Translations under genes and position numbers: made by a program
Part shown: positions 18,074 to 32,238 of the stretch, piece by piece
How the letters are laid out: every line of letters starts with the position of its first letter
Numbering within the stretch: position 1 is the stretch's first letter
Origin: the human T2T-CHM13v2.0 reference genome, Homo sapiens
NCBI RefSeq assembly: GCF_009914755.1
Contig: NC_060937.1
Strand: one strand, 5' to 3'
Length of the DNA stretch: 64,000 nucleotides
The notes under the pieces: model-generated
What the model saw: only the letters and a program-made list of their open reading frames with translations
Database searches by the model: none
Told to the model about the DNA's origin: nothing

Positions 18074-19306
18074 TGAATTCTTTCTTTATAAAGATCAGAG
18101 TTTTCATGAATTACCACAGCATTCAAAATAAACATTTATCAAAGACAAACCAAGTAGTGGCAGAGAAAAATGAACTAATCAAATAGCAAGAATAAGCAAA
18201 TATGTTCCTGCAACTTATTCTGTGGCTATCTGTAGCTATTTATCATTCATTCATGAGTATAACAAGGTTCATACTATTATTTGGAAAAAGGCAGAGTACC
18301 GGTTGATTGACCTCTCAAACAAATAAAAGTTTTTAAAGAGTCTTCCCTATCTTTACTTGCCGGCAACATGCAATCAAGAAAACAAAAATAAAGGAGAATA
18401 CATAAGCTACTCTAATAGGCCAGAATTTGTAGAGTCTGCTTATTGCAAGGAAGTTGTACATATTTTCTCTTTCAAATTTATCACTAAACATAAAGCCAAG
18501 CTTAACTAATTACCTAATTTCTTTATATGTTCATTGATTGGAAAAATATATGTGATATTCATGGGAAAAAAGGGAAAAAACCAGTAAGCCCTTTCAAAGG
18601 TCATATTGTCTTCCTCTTCTTTTTTCTCAGCATATTATTTTGAAAATAGCTGCTGATGGCAATTCTTACACAAGACCATTCCTTCCTTTGTAGAATCATA
18701 TAATTACAAAAATAGTTCAAAGTAGAAATTAAAGCATATGACAATGCAAAGATATGAACATTTGGGAAAACCATAGCACAGGCAGTGCTAAGAGCAGGAA
18801 GGGAAGAAAAGAGGGCACAGTGAGAATGGGCCATTTTCTTTATAGTACAATGCCCATGCTGTAGAATATATGATCACTTATAACAATAATAAAAATTGTT
18901 AATTAAAATAATAAAGTCCAAATTTGTCTCTGAGATTGTGATGAAGGTTGGGTGAGAAGAGAATCATAGAATTCTCATTATGCACATACAAATATTCTCA
19001 AAACGATTCTCATTACGCTTAACCTGCATCTCACTTTCAACCTCTATGATGTATTTCACTTTTTTCATAAAATCTACTAAATTTTAGAATAATTTTTTTA
19101 CTACATGATTAATGCTCTCTTATCTTGAACGATCATAAGATATTATGGGAAATGTATCCAGTAACCAAGAATTGGCTGATTATTTGTGCCATTAATACTC
19201 CTTTGGCAAAAATCCCAGCTTCCTTCTAAAAGTACTGCCATGTTATGTAGCCTAGTGTCAGAGGAGGGTAATGTCTCTGATCATAAATGATCTTTCTGTA
19301 AGAAAG

Positions 19307-19331
19307 ACACACACACACACACACACACACA
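19307..19331. repeat. (CA)n microsatellite
   Basis: about 12 units. Confidence 0.9.
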
Positions 19332-19525
19332 AATAAATATGCAAAATTGTCTTTAAATTGGGGGATTTAATAAAGCTTCCAAGAATTGCAGGTTCCACAA
19401 GAAAATGAATTTAGGAAAATAGTTATACTATGCTGTTTATGATAGTCAGCACATCAGATGAGTTGTGCAATAGCCATGGGATCTTTAACCTTCAATGAGA
19501 TACCATCTGTCTGGTGGTTGCTTTT

Positions 19526-19831
19526 TCATATTTATATGTATTTTTATTTTTGAGACAGAGTCTCGCTCTGCCACCCAGGCTGGTGTGCAGTGGCACGATC
19601 TCGGCTCACTGCAACCTCCGCTTCTGGGTTCAAGCAATTCTCCTACCTCAGCCTCCCGAGTAGCTGGGATTACAGGCACCCTACACTATGCCCAGCTAAC
19701 TGTTGTATTTTCAGTAGAGATGGGGTTTCACCATGTTGGCCAGGCTGGGCTCAAACTCCTGACCTCAGGTATCTGCTCACCTTGGCCTCCCAAAGCGCTG
19801 GGATTATAGGCATGAGCCACCTTGCACAACT
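19526..19831 (-). mobile_element. AluS
   Basis: Full dimer; TSD tggtggttgctttt (19512-19525 / 19832-19845). Confidence 0.95.
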
Positions 19832-20494
19832 TGGTGGTTGCTTTTAAGAAAGGTCCTCAGGAGAGCACCTTTCTGGACACTGGACACTTTGTCTCTTTTT
19901 TTATACTCCATTTCTCTCGCTGTTTTGAATCAGCCTCTTCTAAATCCTGAAATATGGTCTATCCTATATTTAATTCCATCTTTCAGTCTTTAAATTCCAT
20001 TATATTTTTGTGGTGCCAGAATTGAACTCCTTAATATTTTTCCTAGTTCCCAAGCTAAGGAAGCCTCAGAAGTTTCTGCCATCCTTGCCCAGGTTAGGAC
20101 ATGTTTTGATTCTTTTCTCTTTCTGACTTCAATATATTAGACTACAGGAAGCATAGAAGGATAAGAAAACCATTCCTTTCATTTTATGTTTTGTCCATCC
20201 AAAGATTTATTGTTTGGTTTATTTAGCCAAATAAATTGGGATATCCACTTAAATGTGCTGGTTCTGTAAATCAAAAATGCTATTTACTACCTTATCTCTA
20301 AATTATAAATTAAATAAATGCAAATATCACAATGACCAGGACATTTAAATTGGAATTATAGATATATTATAGTCTATTGGTATATTTTTACTGGAAGTCA
20401 CACTGGAATCAAAGAGTACTAGATAATCGTTAATTTAAAATGAAAGTGGAGAGTGGTGTGATTCAAAAGTATGAGAAGCAGTTATAGATGCAAT

Positions 20495-20710
20495 ACACAT
20501 AATGGCTGAAGGTCATGAACTCTGAACCAGTCACAGTGAATGCAAATCCTGACTCTGACACTAACTGCTATGTCACCTTGGGTAGGTTACTTCACTCCTC
20601 AGTGTTTCATTTTTTTTCATCTGTACAATGATGATTATAGTAGTATCTACATATGCAGTTGTTTCGGAGGTTAAAACCACTTACACCAATTTCTTATCCA
20701 TGTTGAGCCA
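20495..20710 (+). mobile_element. MIR
   Basis: core 'aaatcctgactctgacactaactgctatgtcaccttgggtaggttacttcactcctcagtgtttc...catctgtacaatg'. Confidence 0.8.
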
Positions 20711-20784
20711 ATCAACCAATACTATCAAATTATAATATCTTGATACATTCTTCTCTACAGAAGAAATATTACCATCCCAGAGGC

Positions 20785-21118
<334 letters not shown>

Positions 21119-22059
21119 CCAGAGACCATAATTATTGACCACATGAGCCAGGAAATGTTTTCCTTTAATAGTGTCAGAAATATATTGCTAACACAGGGCT
21201 TAATAGCTTCATTTTGCTGTGCTTCATTCACTGCCACCTCATTCACTTTGCAATCTTTTCTCAGAGAAGAAAATATCAGGTTCAGTTAAGCAAGTTATCA
21301 TCCCACTTTGGTTCTACCTTTCAAAGATTTTCCCTGGGGATTGTAATGATGTTTTGAGTATCCCCAAAGTTATCAGTTTTAGGTTTATGTTTAACAATCA
21401 CATTTCCTCTCAAGTAGTACAATTAATGTCTATTACAGTCGAACTTATCCTTTAGTGGGAAATCCCTATTCTTATTGAAAGTTATTGAGTTATTTTTTGC
21501 TTTCTAGAATCAAGTAGCTTAAAAATAAGTAATACTGATATATTGAGGGGTTTATAAATTACATCAGAATACTCCTAGGATGGAATTATGAAATTTATTA
21601 CTCAATAATGGCCTGAGACAGTATAAAAATACAAATTGTCCATTAATAACTAAGTGTTACCAGAATTCCTCACTTTGTATTGGCAGAATCATGTGGACTA
21701 TGTCAATTATCAATGATTTTACTTATTCAAATATGTCCATAGATTCATTGGAGAAATGTATTATTGATTTAATCCAATTCTATGTTCTTAAAAATATTAG
21801 TATTTTATCTTAGTTGATAGCTTCTGCAAATGCAGTCTCATTTTTTATTTGAATGACTTTTTCTCTCGATTTTACTTGGTCATATCTTTGAACAATACAA
21901 TAATATGTAGTTCTTGATTTTTTCCTCCCATAATATGGAAAGCCAGAGAAGTGAAATATGAAGCAATCTAAGCCTGCAAATAAATCCTCAAATGACAAGT
22001 AGAATTGAAATGCTCTATGTTGATTCAGCAGTCTCTTGAATTATCTCTCTAGCGGACCC

Positions 22060-22170
22060 CACAAGGCACTGAGTTTCTACCACATTGGGCATGTATCATC
22101 TAATCTAACTCTCATAAAACTCTTGGAGACACTGATTTTCAGAGAAGCAAAAAAAATGGCACAACCACAT
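22060..22170 (-). mobile_element. MIR fragment
   Basis: 'tcatctaatctaactctcataaaactct...actgattttcagagaagcaaaaaaaatggcacaa'. Confidence 0.4.
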
Positions 22171-23924
22171 TCTACTTTTGTCTCTTATAATTCTAATAAT
22201 GATAGAAGAACTTTGTTTCAAATCATGTTTCACAGTCATGTACATCTTAATTTCTTTACTTGAGTTGATGTCATTCAGAAATATTGTTAGTGTGCTTTGC
22301 AAATTTATTTTCTTGAAGGACTATATTATTTTATCATAAGAATCCCTAAATAAGAGTCTTACTCCCATTCCTGAGAAAAATTTAAAGTAGTGTGTTTGCT
22401 GAATGATATTATTAATATTCCTATTAATAGTTTCTATTTTCCCAAAGTAAAGCCATAGTAAAAAATATTCCCAAATCATTTCCAAGATAATATTAACACT
22501 CCAGCAGTTAGACTAAATCAGATGAAAGAATAAGGACATTGATATAAACAAGTATGTGTTCTAGTTGTGAGATATGCTAAGCAGGTCCTATTTTGACTTA
22601 TTTATTTTTAAAATGAATAATAAAATAGATATCTCCAAGATTTCTTTCAGATTTACATGTTAGAATTTTGATCTTATTAGCTTCTTCGTATTACATTTCT
22701 AAAACTATGCTATTTAATATTGTGCCCTCAGCTCTGAGTGTGGAAGATGAATCTTTATGAAACAGAACAATTCATGATCTAGTTTTCATGAGTTATAGTC
22801 AAGAAAATAAAACATGGTTTCAACAAGTCACAAGAAGTACATTTATCTATTTACCATTCATCCTTGCTTGTTAGAAACAGATTGGAAATTAAGGAATATA
22901 AATAGTATATTTTATTAAAGCAGATTTTTTTTAAATTTCATGGAGGACATAGATCTTGAAAATTCCCAGACAGACATCAGAATTGACCAAGTTACTGTGT
23001 AATCTCCCAGTGATGGGAAATCAGAGGAGATTTTTCCACCTCTCTACAAAGCCACTCGATCCTCATCCTAATGCTACATAAGCACATAATTTTGTCTCTT
23101 ATGCAAATTGCCAGTGCTCTATATTAAATCTTCAGGTTTTTCTTTTCCAGCCATTTCAAGATGTAGGTATTTGAGAATGCCACACATAGTGAGCTGGAGG
23201 GTTCCAGAAATGAAAGATATTTTTTCCTGAAACAGTTTATCTTTGAAGTGATATGTGTACAAGCTGATTTATTCTTTGAATTCTTAGCTGTGGTTTCTAG
23301 GTCAGAGATTTTAAGATATGCATATAACAGAGAATTTCCAGAAAAGACACCATTTAAAAAAATACAGAATCTAAATGAATGTAATAAAACCTATGCAAAT
23401 GTAACATTGTTTTGTTTGGTAAATTTACAAATAAGTTAATCATTTACATATTTCTATATACTGTATAGTGTTATTTTAATGTATTCCCCATGAAGGAGAT
23501 GCCTGCAATGGGAATAGTGACAGGCTGAAATGACCCAACATGTGAGGAATGCAGATATATGAGCTAGTGTGCTATAATAGGAAAGTTTTTATCTCTCTTC
23601 AAGATTTGAGCGACAGAAGATCAGAAATGTATATCAAAACATAGTAATGTATTTTAGATGGGAATTGAGAAAAAAATAAAACATTTGCTTAAATAGTAAA
23701 TTATCATGATATAGGCATTATTATCACCCATGAGGAATAGTTTGGTATTTCTAGATTTATTGTAGGATACATAAATAAGCGTGTGAAAGTTTTTCTATTT
23801 TGGAAAGTGGGGGGAAATTGCATTTAATACTGTCAAGTCCCCTGTTAGTCACTTTTCTCATATTTTCTTTTCCACTTATTTTGTGGTTTTTGGCAATGCA
23901 AAAAAAGCAGTCACTGCAGGTGGG

Positions 23925-24030
23925 AAGAAGAGTTCAAATTCTGACCCTAGGTCTTACAAGTTATGTAATCTTGTAGAATTTATTTCGAATCTCTGAGCCA
24001 AGGATTCCTCATCTGTTCCAATAAGCTAAA
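23925..24030 (+). mobile_element. MIR fragment
   Basis: 'gagttcaaattctgacc...tctctgagccaaggattcctcatctgt'. Confidence 0.65.
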
Positions 24031-24784
24031 TACAGTATATTGGTATATTGTGTAACAGCTGTGATAAATTTATATACACATATATACAAACATACACATA
24101 CAATACACAGACAGCACAATGGCAGTAAAAGATGATCATGAAATTTAGGTGTATATACTCTGAAGCACATTTCCAATATGTGTGTATTTACCATATCTTG
24201 GTTCTCAGAGGCTTGTAGACTTTCAAAAATTGTTTCAAAATTGATTATATATAAAAACATTTATATTTCATGAAAAATATATCTATGGATTAAAAGCTAA
24301 ACACAACTATACATTTTTAATTGCCATTACCAGGAGTCTGTTTCAGTGTCTTTATTTAATTTTAATTGGAAGGATTTACCTGACAGATGACTTCTGAAAC
24401 ACAGTGTGTTGATCCTATTAAATTCTGCTTGCATAAGATTAAACTTGACTGTCACTGGCATTAGCCATTTTCACTCTCTCATTGACAGAATTGTTCCCAG
24501 GGTGACACCTGTGTCCTCTACTTTATTTCTGGTCCAGAGATCTAAGAGAAATATAGAAATATATTGCAACCTTGAAAATATTCTTAGATTATGTTGTTGT
24601 TGTTATTAAAAGCTCTGGTTTTATGGAAAAGTAGAATACAATTTCAAATTTTATATGTTCTTTATATGATAACTTATTAATGTTATAGCTAATTATACAG
24701 GAGGTTAAATTTCCATTTATACAGTAATTAAATAATTAGAACATTGGACACAACATTTATATTGTACATTTTCTTTGAAAATGA

Positions 24785-24978
24785 ATTATTTTTGAACTAA
24801 GTAATTATCCATAATTATCTATATAAAATAATTATCTATATAGGTAATGCTATATAGATATTAATCTATATAGAAAAATTTAATATTTTTGAACTACATA
24901 ATTATTCATAATTATCTCTATAAAATAATTATATAGATATTTATATAGAAATTCTATATAGATAATTATCCATAATTT
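24785..24978. repeat. AT-rich ~97-bp tandem duplication with internal palindromes
   Basis: tatttttgaacta...taattatccataattatctatataaaataattat recurs with period 97; hairpin ctatatagat-atta-atctatatag at 24850-24873. Confidence 0.75.
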
Positions 24979-26299
24979 ATTTAAATTTCCTGAAATAATG
25001 ATCATTTTAAATTTTAGATGTTTAGGAATCAGAATGTATTTGTATTATTTTACGGTTTAAAGGAATTATTTTCAAAATAAAAAATAATACTTCACTAATT
25101 TTCATTTATCCACTTGAATTAATTTTCATGACTAATCTGTTGGATTAGATTATTAAACTTTTGTAGAAAAACACCCATATAATTGTATTTGAGATATTCT
25201 TACTTCATACATACAATGTTGCTTGTCATCTTCAATTTGACACATAATATATCATATCATATTTAAATATATTTTCTTTTATAGGTTAAAGTTGCATATC
25301 TATTATGTTGTCCATGGAATTCAATACTTCCAAACTTAAGGAAATTTACATATTTCATAATTCTTAGTTTATTGGGTTTCTGTGTACAGCAAAATAGTTT
25401 TTTCTTGCACAGTTCTATCTTATTTCTGACATTTTACGAATGGTGGGATACACTGGTATATTATATATTTTTATATTGGGCCAATATTTCTTTATTGAAA
25501 CATAACTATGTACTCTTAGGTATATTTGCCCAAATAACTGTCTGCAAGGATCAACAAAAACCATATTCAAAAATTTATATTTTATTATGTAAATGTAGAA
25601 AATAAATAAGTGCTTTTAACATGGTTTTTTCTATAATAAATGATAAGCATGCATATCTTAGCAAATGTATGTTTACAGAGACAAAAATGTAATTTAAACA
25701 CAGTTTTAAAAATGTTATGCTAATTACAATTATTTTAATAGATTTGTGTCACCTTTGAGATCATTCAACCGATCTTTTGAAAATTAAGAAGCACATCGAT
25801 TAAGGAGGCCTGAATTTCACATGCTAATATGAGACTCTGAAAGCTATTCCCTGAATTAAGGATAAAGTATATCAGATAACTAAGACATTTTTTGTGATTA
25901 ATGGAGAGAACAATTACCAGAGGTATATATTAAAAATATTTTTTAATCTCTGATGCAGAGAATGGACTAATCTATCTAATGACAAGTTCAATTAGAGCCA
26001 ACATCTGTTTGACTTTAAGATACATTCCTAGAGTAAATAAATAGCCAAATTGCGGGATATGTGGCAATCCTTGGTACAAATGACATTGGAAGAAGAGACG
26101 TTTTTTCTGTTCTTTTTGAAATATGTAAAAAGAGTGGGTGAAACATTAAAATAGGCATTATATTTACCCCTTAGGATGTCAACTATGAAAAAGTAACACA
26201 TGTTATTTAAAACTCAGTTTATACATAAAATGTAAAGAGATAAATTTTAAACTTTCTATTCTAATAGAGATCACAAAGTGTAGGCATTTAAACTATTTC

Positions 26300-26930
26300 A
26301 ATATTGACAGGAAGAAAATAGCCAAATCCAATAGAAAAATAGGGAAAATATATGAAGAGGAATTTTACTGTGGAGCAAATCCGAATAGTCAATACAAACA
26401 TGAAAACATGGTCAAATTTACTGATGAGGGATGCAAATTAGAGCAACAACAATATGTAATTTTAGAATAATACAAGTATCAAATTATAATAGACCTCTAT
26501 GTAATACGTAATTTTTGCAGCAGTGAAGGAAAAAGGGTGATCTTATACATTGTTGAATGAAGTGAAAAGAGTAACAATTTTAGAAAGCAATGTGCAAACC
26601 AATGTTAAAACTAAAAATATTTCAACAACCCATCAATATTATTCATTTGTTACATTCCAAGATTACATATTATATATTATGTAGCAAACAAATGTTACCA
26701 GAATAGACGCATTGGGTAATTTATTGAAATATTTTTTATATAATGCAAAAAAAGAAATCAAAATGAAAAAAGCTGATAAAGTATGCTACTTCTTTGTCAT
26801 GAAATATTATGGTCATTAAGTAGACTATTTTTAGTCATTATTTTCACTAGTACACTTGGGGTTATTTTTACAATGCATTGCTGGATGAGAAAAGCAGGAT
26901 TTAGAAAACTGTGTAGGAAATTCTATTTTT
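26300..26930 (+). mobile_element. Ancient L1ME 3' fragment
   Basis: 'ccaatagaaaaatagggaaaatatatgaagagg', 'aaacatgaaaacatggtcaaatttactgatgagggatgcaaattaga'. Confidence 0.65.
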
Positions 26931-27322
26931 GGAAATAATAACATTAAAGAAATGTGCCTTTGTATTTACCTCTAAACACATAAAAAATTAATGTATGGGC
27001 TCAGCAAGTGATATAAAAGAACACAGCTAAAACTTTCAATATTGATTTCATTCCTGATGGTATGAAAGAGTGAAGGCAGAAGGAGAAAGCTGATGTTAAT
27101 CTATTCTATTCTATATTATTTTTTCCCTTACTATTTAAATATTATATGCACCATACAAATTATTATTTACTTCTGTAAGGTATCATGAGTGCTCAGAAAT
27201 AACATTTGGTTGTTTTGGAAACCTGATCTTTGGTATATTTTTAAAGTGAATAATGGAAGAAACTTTTGTAGTCCCAAACTTACTCAAGTCAAAACTTCAA
27301 TGTAATGAGAATAAATAAGCCA

Positions 27323-27706
27323 TGTGTCGTTTTCTGTTTCCTGTCGCTTTAACAGAATATAGCAGACTGGGTAATTAATAAAGAAGGGATGCTTATATTG
27401 CTCAAGGTTCTGAAGGCTGAGAAGTTCAAGAGCATGGCAGTGGCATTCAGTAAGGAGCCTTCCTTGTTGGAAAGTCAGAAGGCAGAGGCGAGCATAAGGG
27501 ACAGAGAGAGGTAACAGTGGCCAAACCTGCTTTATAGCACACACTCACAGTAACTCATCCACCCTTGTGATAGCGTTAATCCATTCATGAGGGCTTCACC
27601 TTCATTACTCAATCACTTCTTATTGGGTCCTCACTGCTTAACACTGTTACAATGGCAATTACGTTTTTAACACGTGGAATTTGGGAGGCACATTCAAACC
27701 GCAACA
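27323..27706 (-). mobile_element. MaLR solo LTR (MSTC-like)
   Basis: 'agactgggtaattaataaag', 'ttctgaaggctgagaagttcaagagcatggc', 'ttaatccattcatgagggc', ends 'cacattcaaaccgcaaca'. Confidence 0.85.
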
Positions 27707-30700
27707 CCTTGATTCTCCCTATTTACATTTTTAGAGTCCACACTTAAGCATTTTAGTTTAGTTCATTTATGTATTCCAGTTTAGTTTCTGGAAAAATATA
27801 AATTCTTAGTCAATACAAAAACTAATTAATTTTTTACCAAGTGACTAGTCAGAAACTAGTTGCAAACTGTTAGATTTATTTGATTACATTGACTTGTCAG
27901 TGAACTGTGGCAACAAGTTAATACATTTTCAATCAATTGAAATAATTTAACTCATTTAGACTGAAATTAGCAAAGAGAAAATGATAATATTAAATGGCAA
28001 CAAAGCCTAAAGTAAAGTGTGTGGACTTTAGGACTTTTCTGGACCTGACATACACTGTTAGAACTGTTAATATATGTTATATTAAGCAGACATTGATTGT
28101 CAAAAATTAGTGTATAATATTATATGCCAATCTTTCTATGATTAAGCGTTCTCAAATAAGTGATTGCACTTATGTCTCTAAGTAAGCTCTGAAATGGAAA
28201 TAATAGTTTTCATCTCCATTAATGTAATTGATATTAATAAATAACACCATAATTATAAATTAATAAGGTATCTACTTCCTTATATGAAAATGTCATAAAT
28301 TTATAATACAATGGGAGGCTTTTATTTTTATTCCGAAATTAAGGAAATATAAACATAAAATTTCATGATAAAAGATATGACAAAATAGATGCTAATACAT
28401 TACTCAAAGCCCATTATTATACTTGAAACAAAAATTTATCTTCTCATTTCATGAAATATCAAGAAGACAAAGTGTTATGAATATCCTATTGCAAAAAAGC
28501 ATCTATTTTATTATTAGAACAATCTTTTAACTATTACTATCTGATGAAATGGATTTTCATGTGCACAATTTCAGACTGTAAAAAAGAATGATTTATTTAT
28601 TTGTTTTTACTATAATCTCCTCAACACTGAAAATCCTCCTTTCAAACCTGCACCAATTCTGGCCAAATATAAAGTATTCATGGATTAAACCAATACAAAG
28701 TTATGGCCAGAACAGTCAATATGCAAGTGACATGGATTTAGGATTTACGTCTGTCAAGAATGTGTTATCTTGAATCAACATTAATGTTACAAAACAACAC
28801 CACAACACCACTCCTCGAACCATGCAATTAACAGAAACCACATTTCTAATTGTGCTATAAAATGCAACTTTGTTTGCTTTTAGAAATCTTATGAATTATA
28901 TAGTATCGTGGAATTTCCTGCTGCCAGTAAAACTGTACTAGTAATATTCAAACTAATTTGAGCACATATATCTATTGAACCTTGATGAAGGATTGCCACA
29001 AATAATTTAATACTAAGTTTAGGGTATTGAAAACATTATTAGAATATGACTTCAGAAATATTGTTCCAATATATTTGGAACTATTCATGGTGCTAGCCCC
29101 AGTAATAAATAGAATGAGTACATATTATTTATTTGAATCATAGGATGAGAGTTTTATCGTATAAATTTATATATGATACGATATGATATGAAGTTTTAGT
29201 CCTCTATACACTTGCTACCTAAGGATGAATTCTTTTTTAGACTTTATACTTTCAATTCTACACATACCATTAGAAAACATCAAATTATTTTAAAAGTATT
29301 CAAAATATTATAAATTGTATGAATTTTAAAATTATTTTGATAATATGCTGTTTCATTTACACTTGTATTTTATTTTCCTTTTGTCAAGGGTTAAATCAAA
29401 CAGTATCTCCAATTTAGTGATTCTGTGCAATATTAGTAGAAAGAAAACAAGAACAAAAATAACCACAGGACAGAAAGAAAAAAGTATCAATTTCATTTTT
29501 ATTTTTAACTGAAGTACCACATTTTCTGTTATTGGAAAAAAATAACTGCAGAAATTATCCTGTCTCTATGAAATTTTTGTCTTTGAAATTCACTTAAAAA
29601 TACATAGAACCTTTGAAGGACCTTATTAGCTTCTTATCTTTTAATATTCCCCAGCTATTAAATCTTATTCAAATCCCTCTTTCTTAAAATATTAAACCAA
29701 TATTAATGTATTTCTTCTAGCTTGAAGGAATACTTGGATGAAATAGAAGCCATCTTTTATGAATGTCATTTTTTGGAACCAGTAGAGTGTCTACAAGTTT
29801 GGTGGGTAAAGATAAGCATGGGAGTTAAAGTTTTTTATAGATATTATTTAAAAATGACTTTCAGTACACTGTAGACATGCAAAATAAGACTCATGTCAGA
29901 AATTAAGAAAAGCAGCATGTTTGAGAGAAAACTTAGAGATATAAGGGATACATTACAGAAAAATGACAGAGAAGGGGACACCAATGTAGATTCTGATCAC
30001 ACGCAGGATGAAAACAATACAAATACATTCTATTAAAAGCATGGGAATAATCTTAAGTTTTTGTTAAAATGAAAGTTTATGTAGACCACTTAAAACAATT
30101 ATTTCCAAATTCCGTCAATATAACATAAGTCAATAGACCTAATTTTGATTTTAGATATTTTTTCTCCATACACTAGTAGTAGCTTGAATTTGTCATTTCC
30201 TACAAAGACACATAACTAAGCATTTGGCTGTCTAGGCCAATTACCTGTATGTGTGTTTGTTTTTTCCCTAAGAACATACAATCAGAAGATGTAATGTTAA
30301 TAAATCTGATTAAGTATACTAATGTAAATTAGTTACAGTTTAATACAGTGGATAGAACATTAGACTGGCAGTCCAGAAACTAGCATTTTTGCATGAGCAA
30401 GGACATCACTTATGTGACTTTGTAGAATATTTGTGATATGGTCATATCATTCCATAGAACAAAATGACTTAATCATTTATGTTTTAGAAATTCATATGGG
30501 CTCTTATTCCTTCCACCCATAACATTTGATACATTCTTCAAAATATACTAGAATTTTTAATTAAGATGTGAAAGGAGAGGTCAATGTTTTTTCTATTACA
30601 AAATGTCTATTTTAATGATGAGTAAGGAGCATGAATGTATTCAATGATTTAGAAGCAATTAATTACACAAAGATTAGATCAGAATAATGTGAATTAATTT

Positions 30701-31211
30701 TGGACAGTTATTACTGGTCTTTGATAGATCATGCAAGGGAAAAAAGTCCTTGGAATTCATTTTACTTCTGCCTGTGAAAAGATCACAGGTACATTTACAG
30801 TCAAGAGACTTCATAAGTCTTAAAATTTGTGACAGGAACTTGAAGAACTCAGGCAATAAAGAAAGCTAGAGACTGAGTATCCTTTAATTTGCTCTGAATT
30901 ATCATGAGGATGCTGCATACCATGGAGGTATTAAAAGTGTGTGATTTATTTGCTTTGTTTTGTCTGAATGTTCAGCATTGTACTGCTGTCTCTAACAGTA
31001 AGATATATTTATACGTAAGTTAGCACCATTTAACTCCTTAACTCTATGGGGAAAAAAGTCTGTCAGATGATTCAATGAACATCACCTTATATCAATGCCA
31101 ATTTTCTTTACATCAAACATAAAGAATTCATTGAAATATTTTTATAATAACTCAGCAGATGTAAAAGGAATGGCAGAATTTGGAAGACATGAGTGAGAAA
31201 AATCTTTAATT

Positions 31212-31236
31212 CTTCCTTCCTTCCTTCCTTCCTTCC
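31212..31236. repeat. (CTTC)n microsatellite
   Basis: about 6 units. Confidence 0.85.
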
Positions 31237-31639
31237 ATCTCTTACCCTTCAGAATAATAAAGACAAAAAAGAGTAAGAAAAAAATCCAAGATGGGCAAGT
31301 AGCATTATGCCTGTTGTCAGTTTTTGTTTATTTGTTCAATAATCATTTGATAAAGGTAAGTGGCACATTTAAATTATTTTTTGAACACCTTGGAACATAG
31401 AATTTAAATAGAAATTGGAATAACGATTATATAATTCAAACTTTCACACTATGTCCACCATGTAGGCAAGAATGTTCTTTTAAATTGCCAGGAAATTCCT
31501 TAGTGACAAAAGAAATGGGAAGCAATGTGTGATTCCAATAAAACCATAAAGTCCATATATTTTGGGGAATTGTTTCTATTTAAAATTTATGTAATTCTGT
31601 TATGTTTTTGAAGTACACAATTACACACACCATCACCAA

Positions 31640-32235
31640 CTGCAAATGAAAGAAAGATCTTCAGTAGTATGTCATTTTGGTGGCAATCACACTTAAGGAT
31701 AGGGATATTTTCTGCTGATTTGAAGAAGGATAATCTACATAAATTATTTAGAATTCTTCTGGACATGCGATTTGATCATTCTCCCTATTTACTTATTTTT
31801 CAGTAATTTATTTATATCTATGTGGACCTGGGGTATTTATTTTAAATGTAGAGAGATAATCTAATATATTATGCATTTTCTGCTCAATTTGGTCCAGCTT
31901 TTGCTATTGAAAAATCTTTCGGGTGAAAGGTGTCCTTTTGACATATTCCCAAGGGGTGTGTGTTTGTGTGTGTGTGTGTGTTTGTGAGAGAGAGGAAGAG
32001 AGAGAAAGAGAGAGGGGAAGAAAGAAAGAGAGTGATATAGAGAGACACAGAGAGTCTGTGTGTATGTTTTGTGCACTTTATTAACTTCTGCAACTGTAAG
32101 ATGCTCCAGGCTAATCCTGTAGATTTCTTCCCCTGTGATAGATTCTTCCATTTATTCAAAGAACGTTAGTTTCTTTTATTGAATAATAGCATTCAAAACC
32201 TAAATCTGGCTGCTAGATGTTCTCATTATCAATGA
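31640..32235 (-). mobile_element. L1MC/MD-like 3'UTR fragment (host of THE1D)
   Basis: 'ttggtccagcttttgctattg', 'aagatgctccaggctaatcctgt', 'aaacctaaatctggctgctagatg'; includes (TG)/(GA) runs. Confidence 0.7.
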
Positions 32236-32238
32236 GCA

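Noticed and set aside
27750-31600. Long stretch without obvious repeats as a possible exon or conserved element
   Set aside because: Very AT-rich, with no CpG island, coding signal or recognisable RNA motif; conservation cannot be judged from this sequence alone
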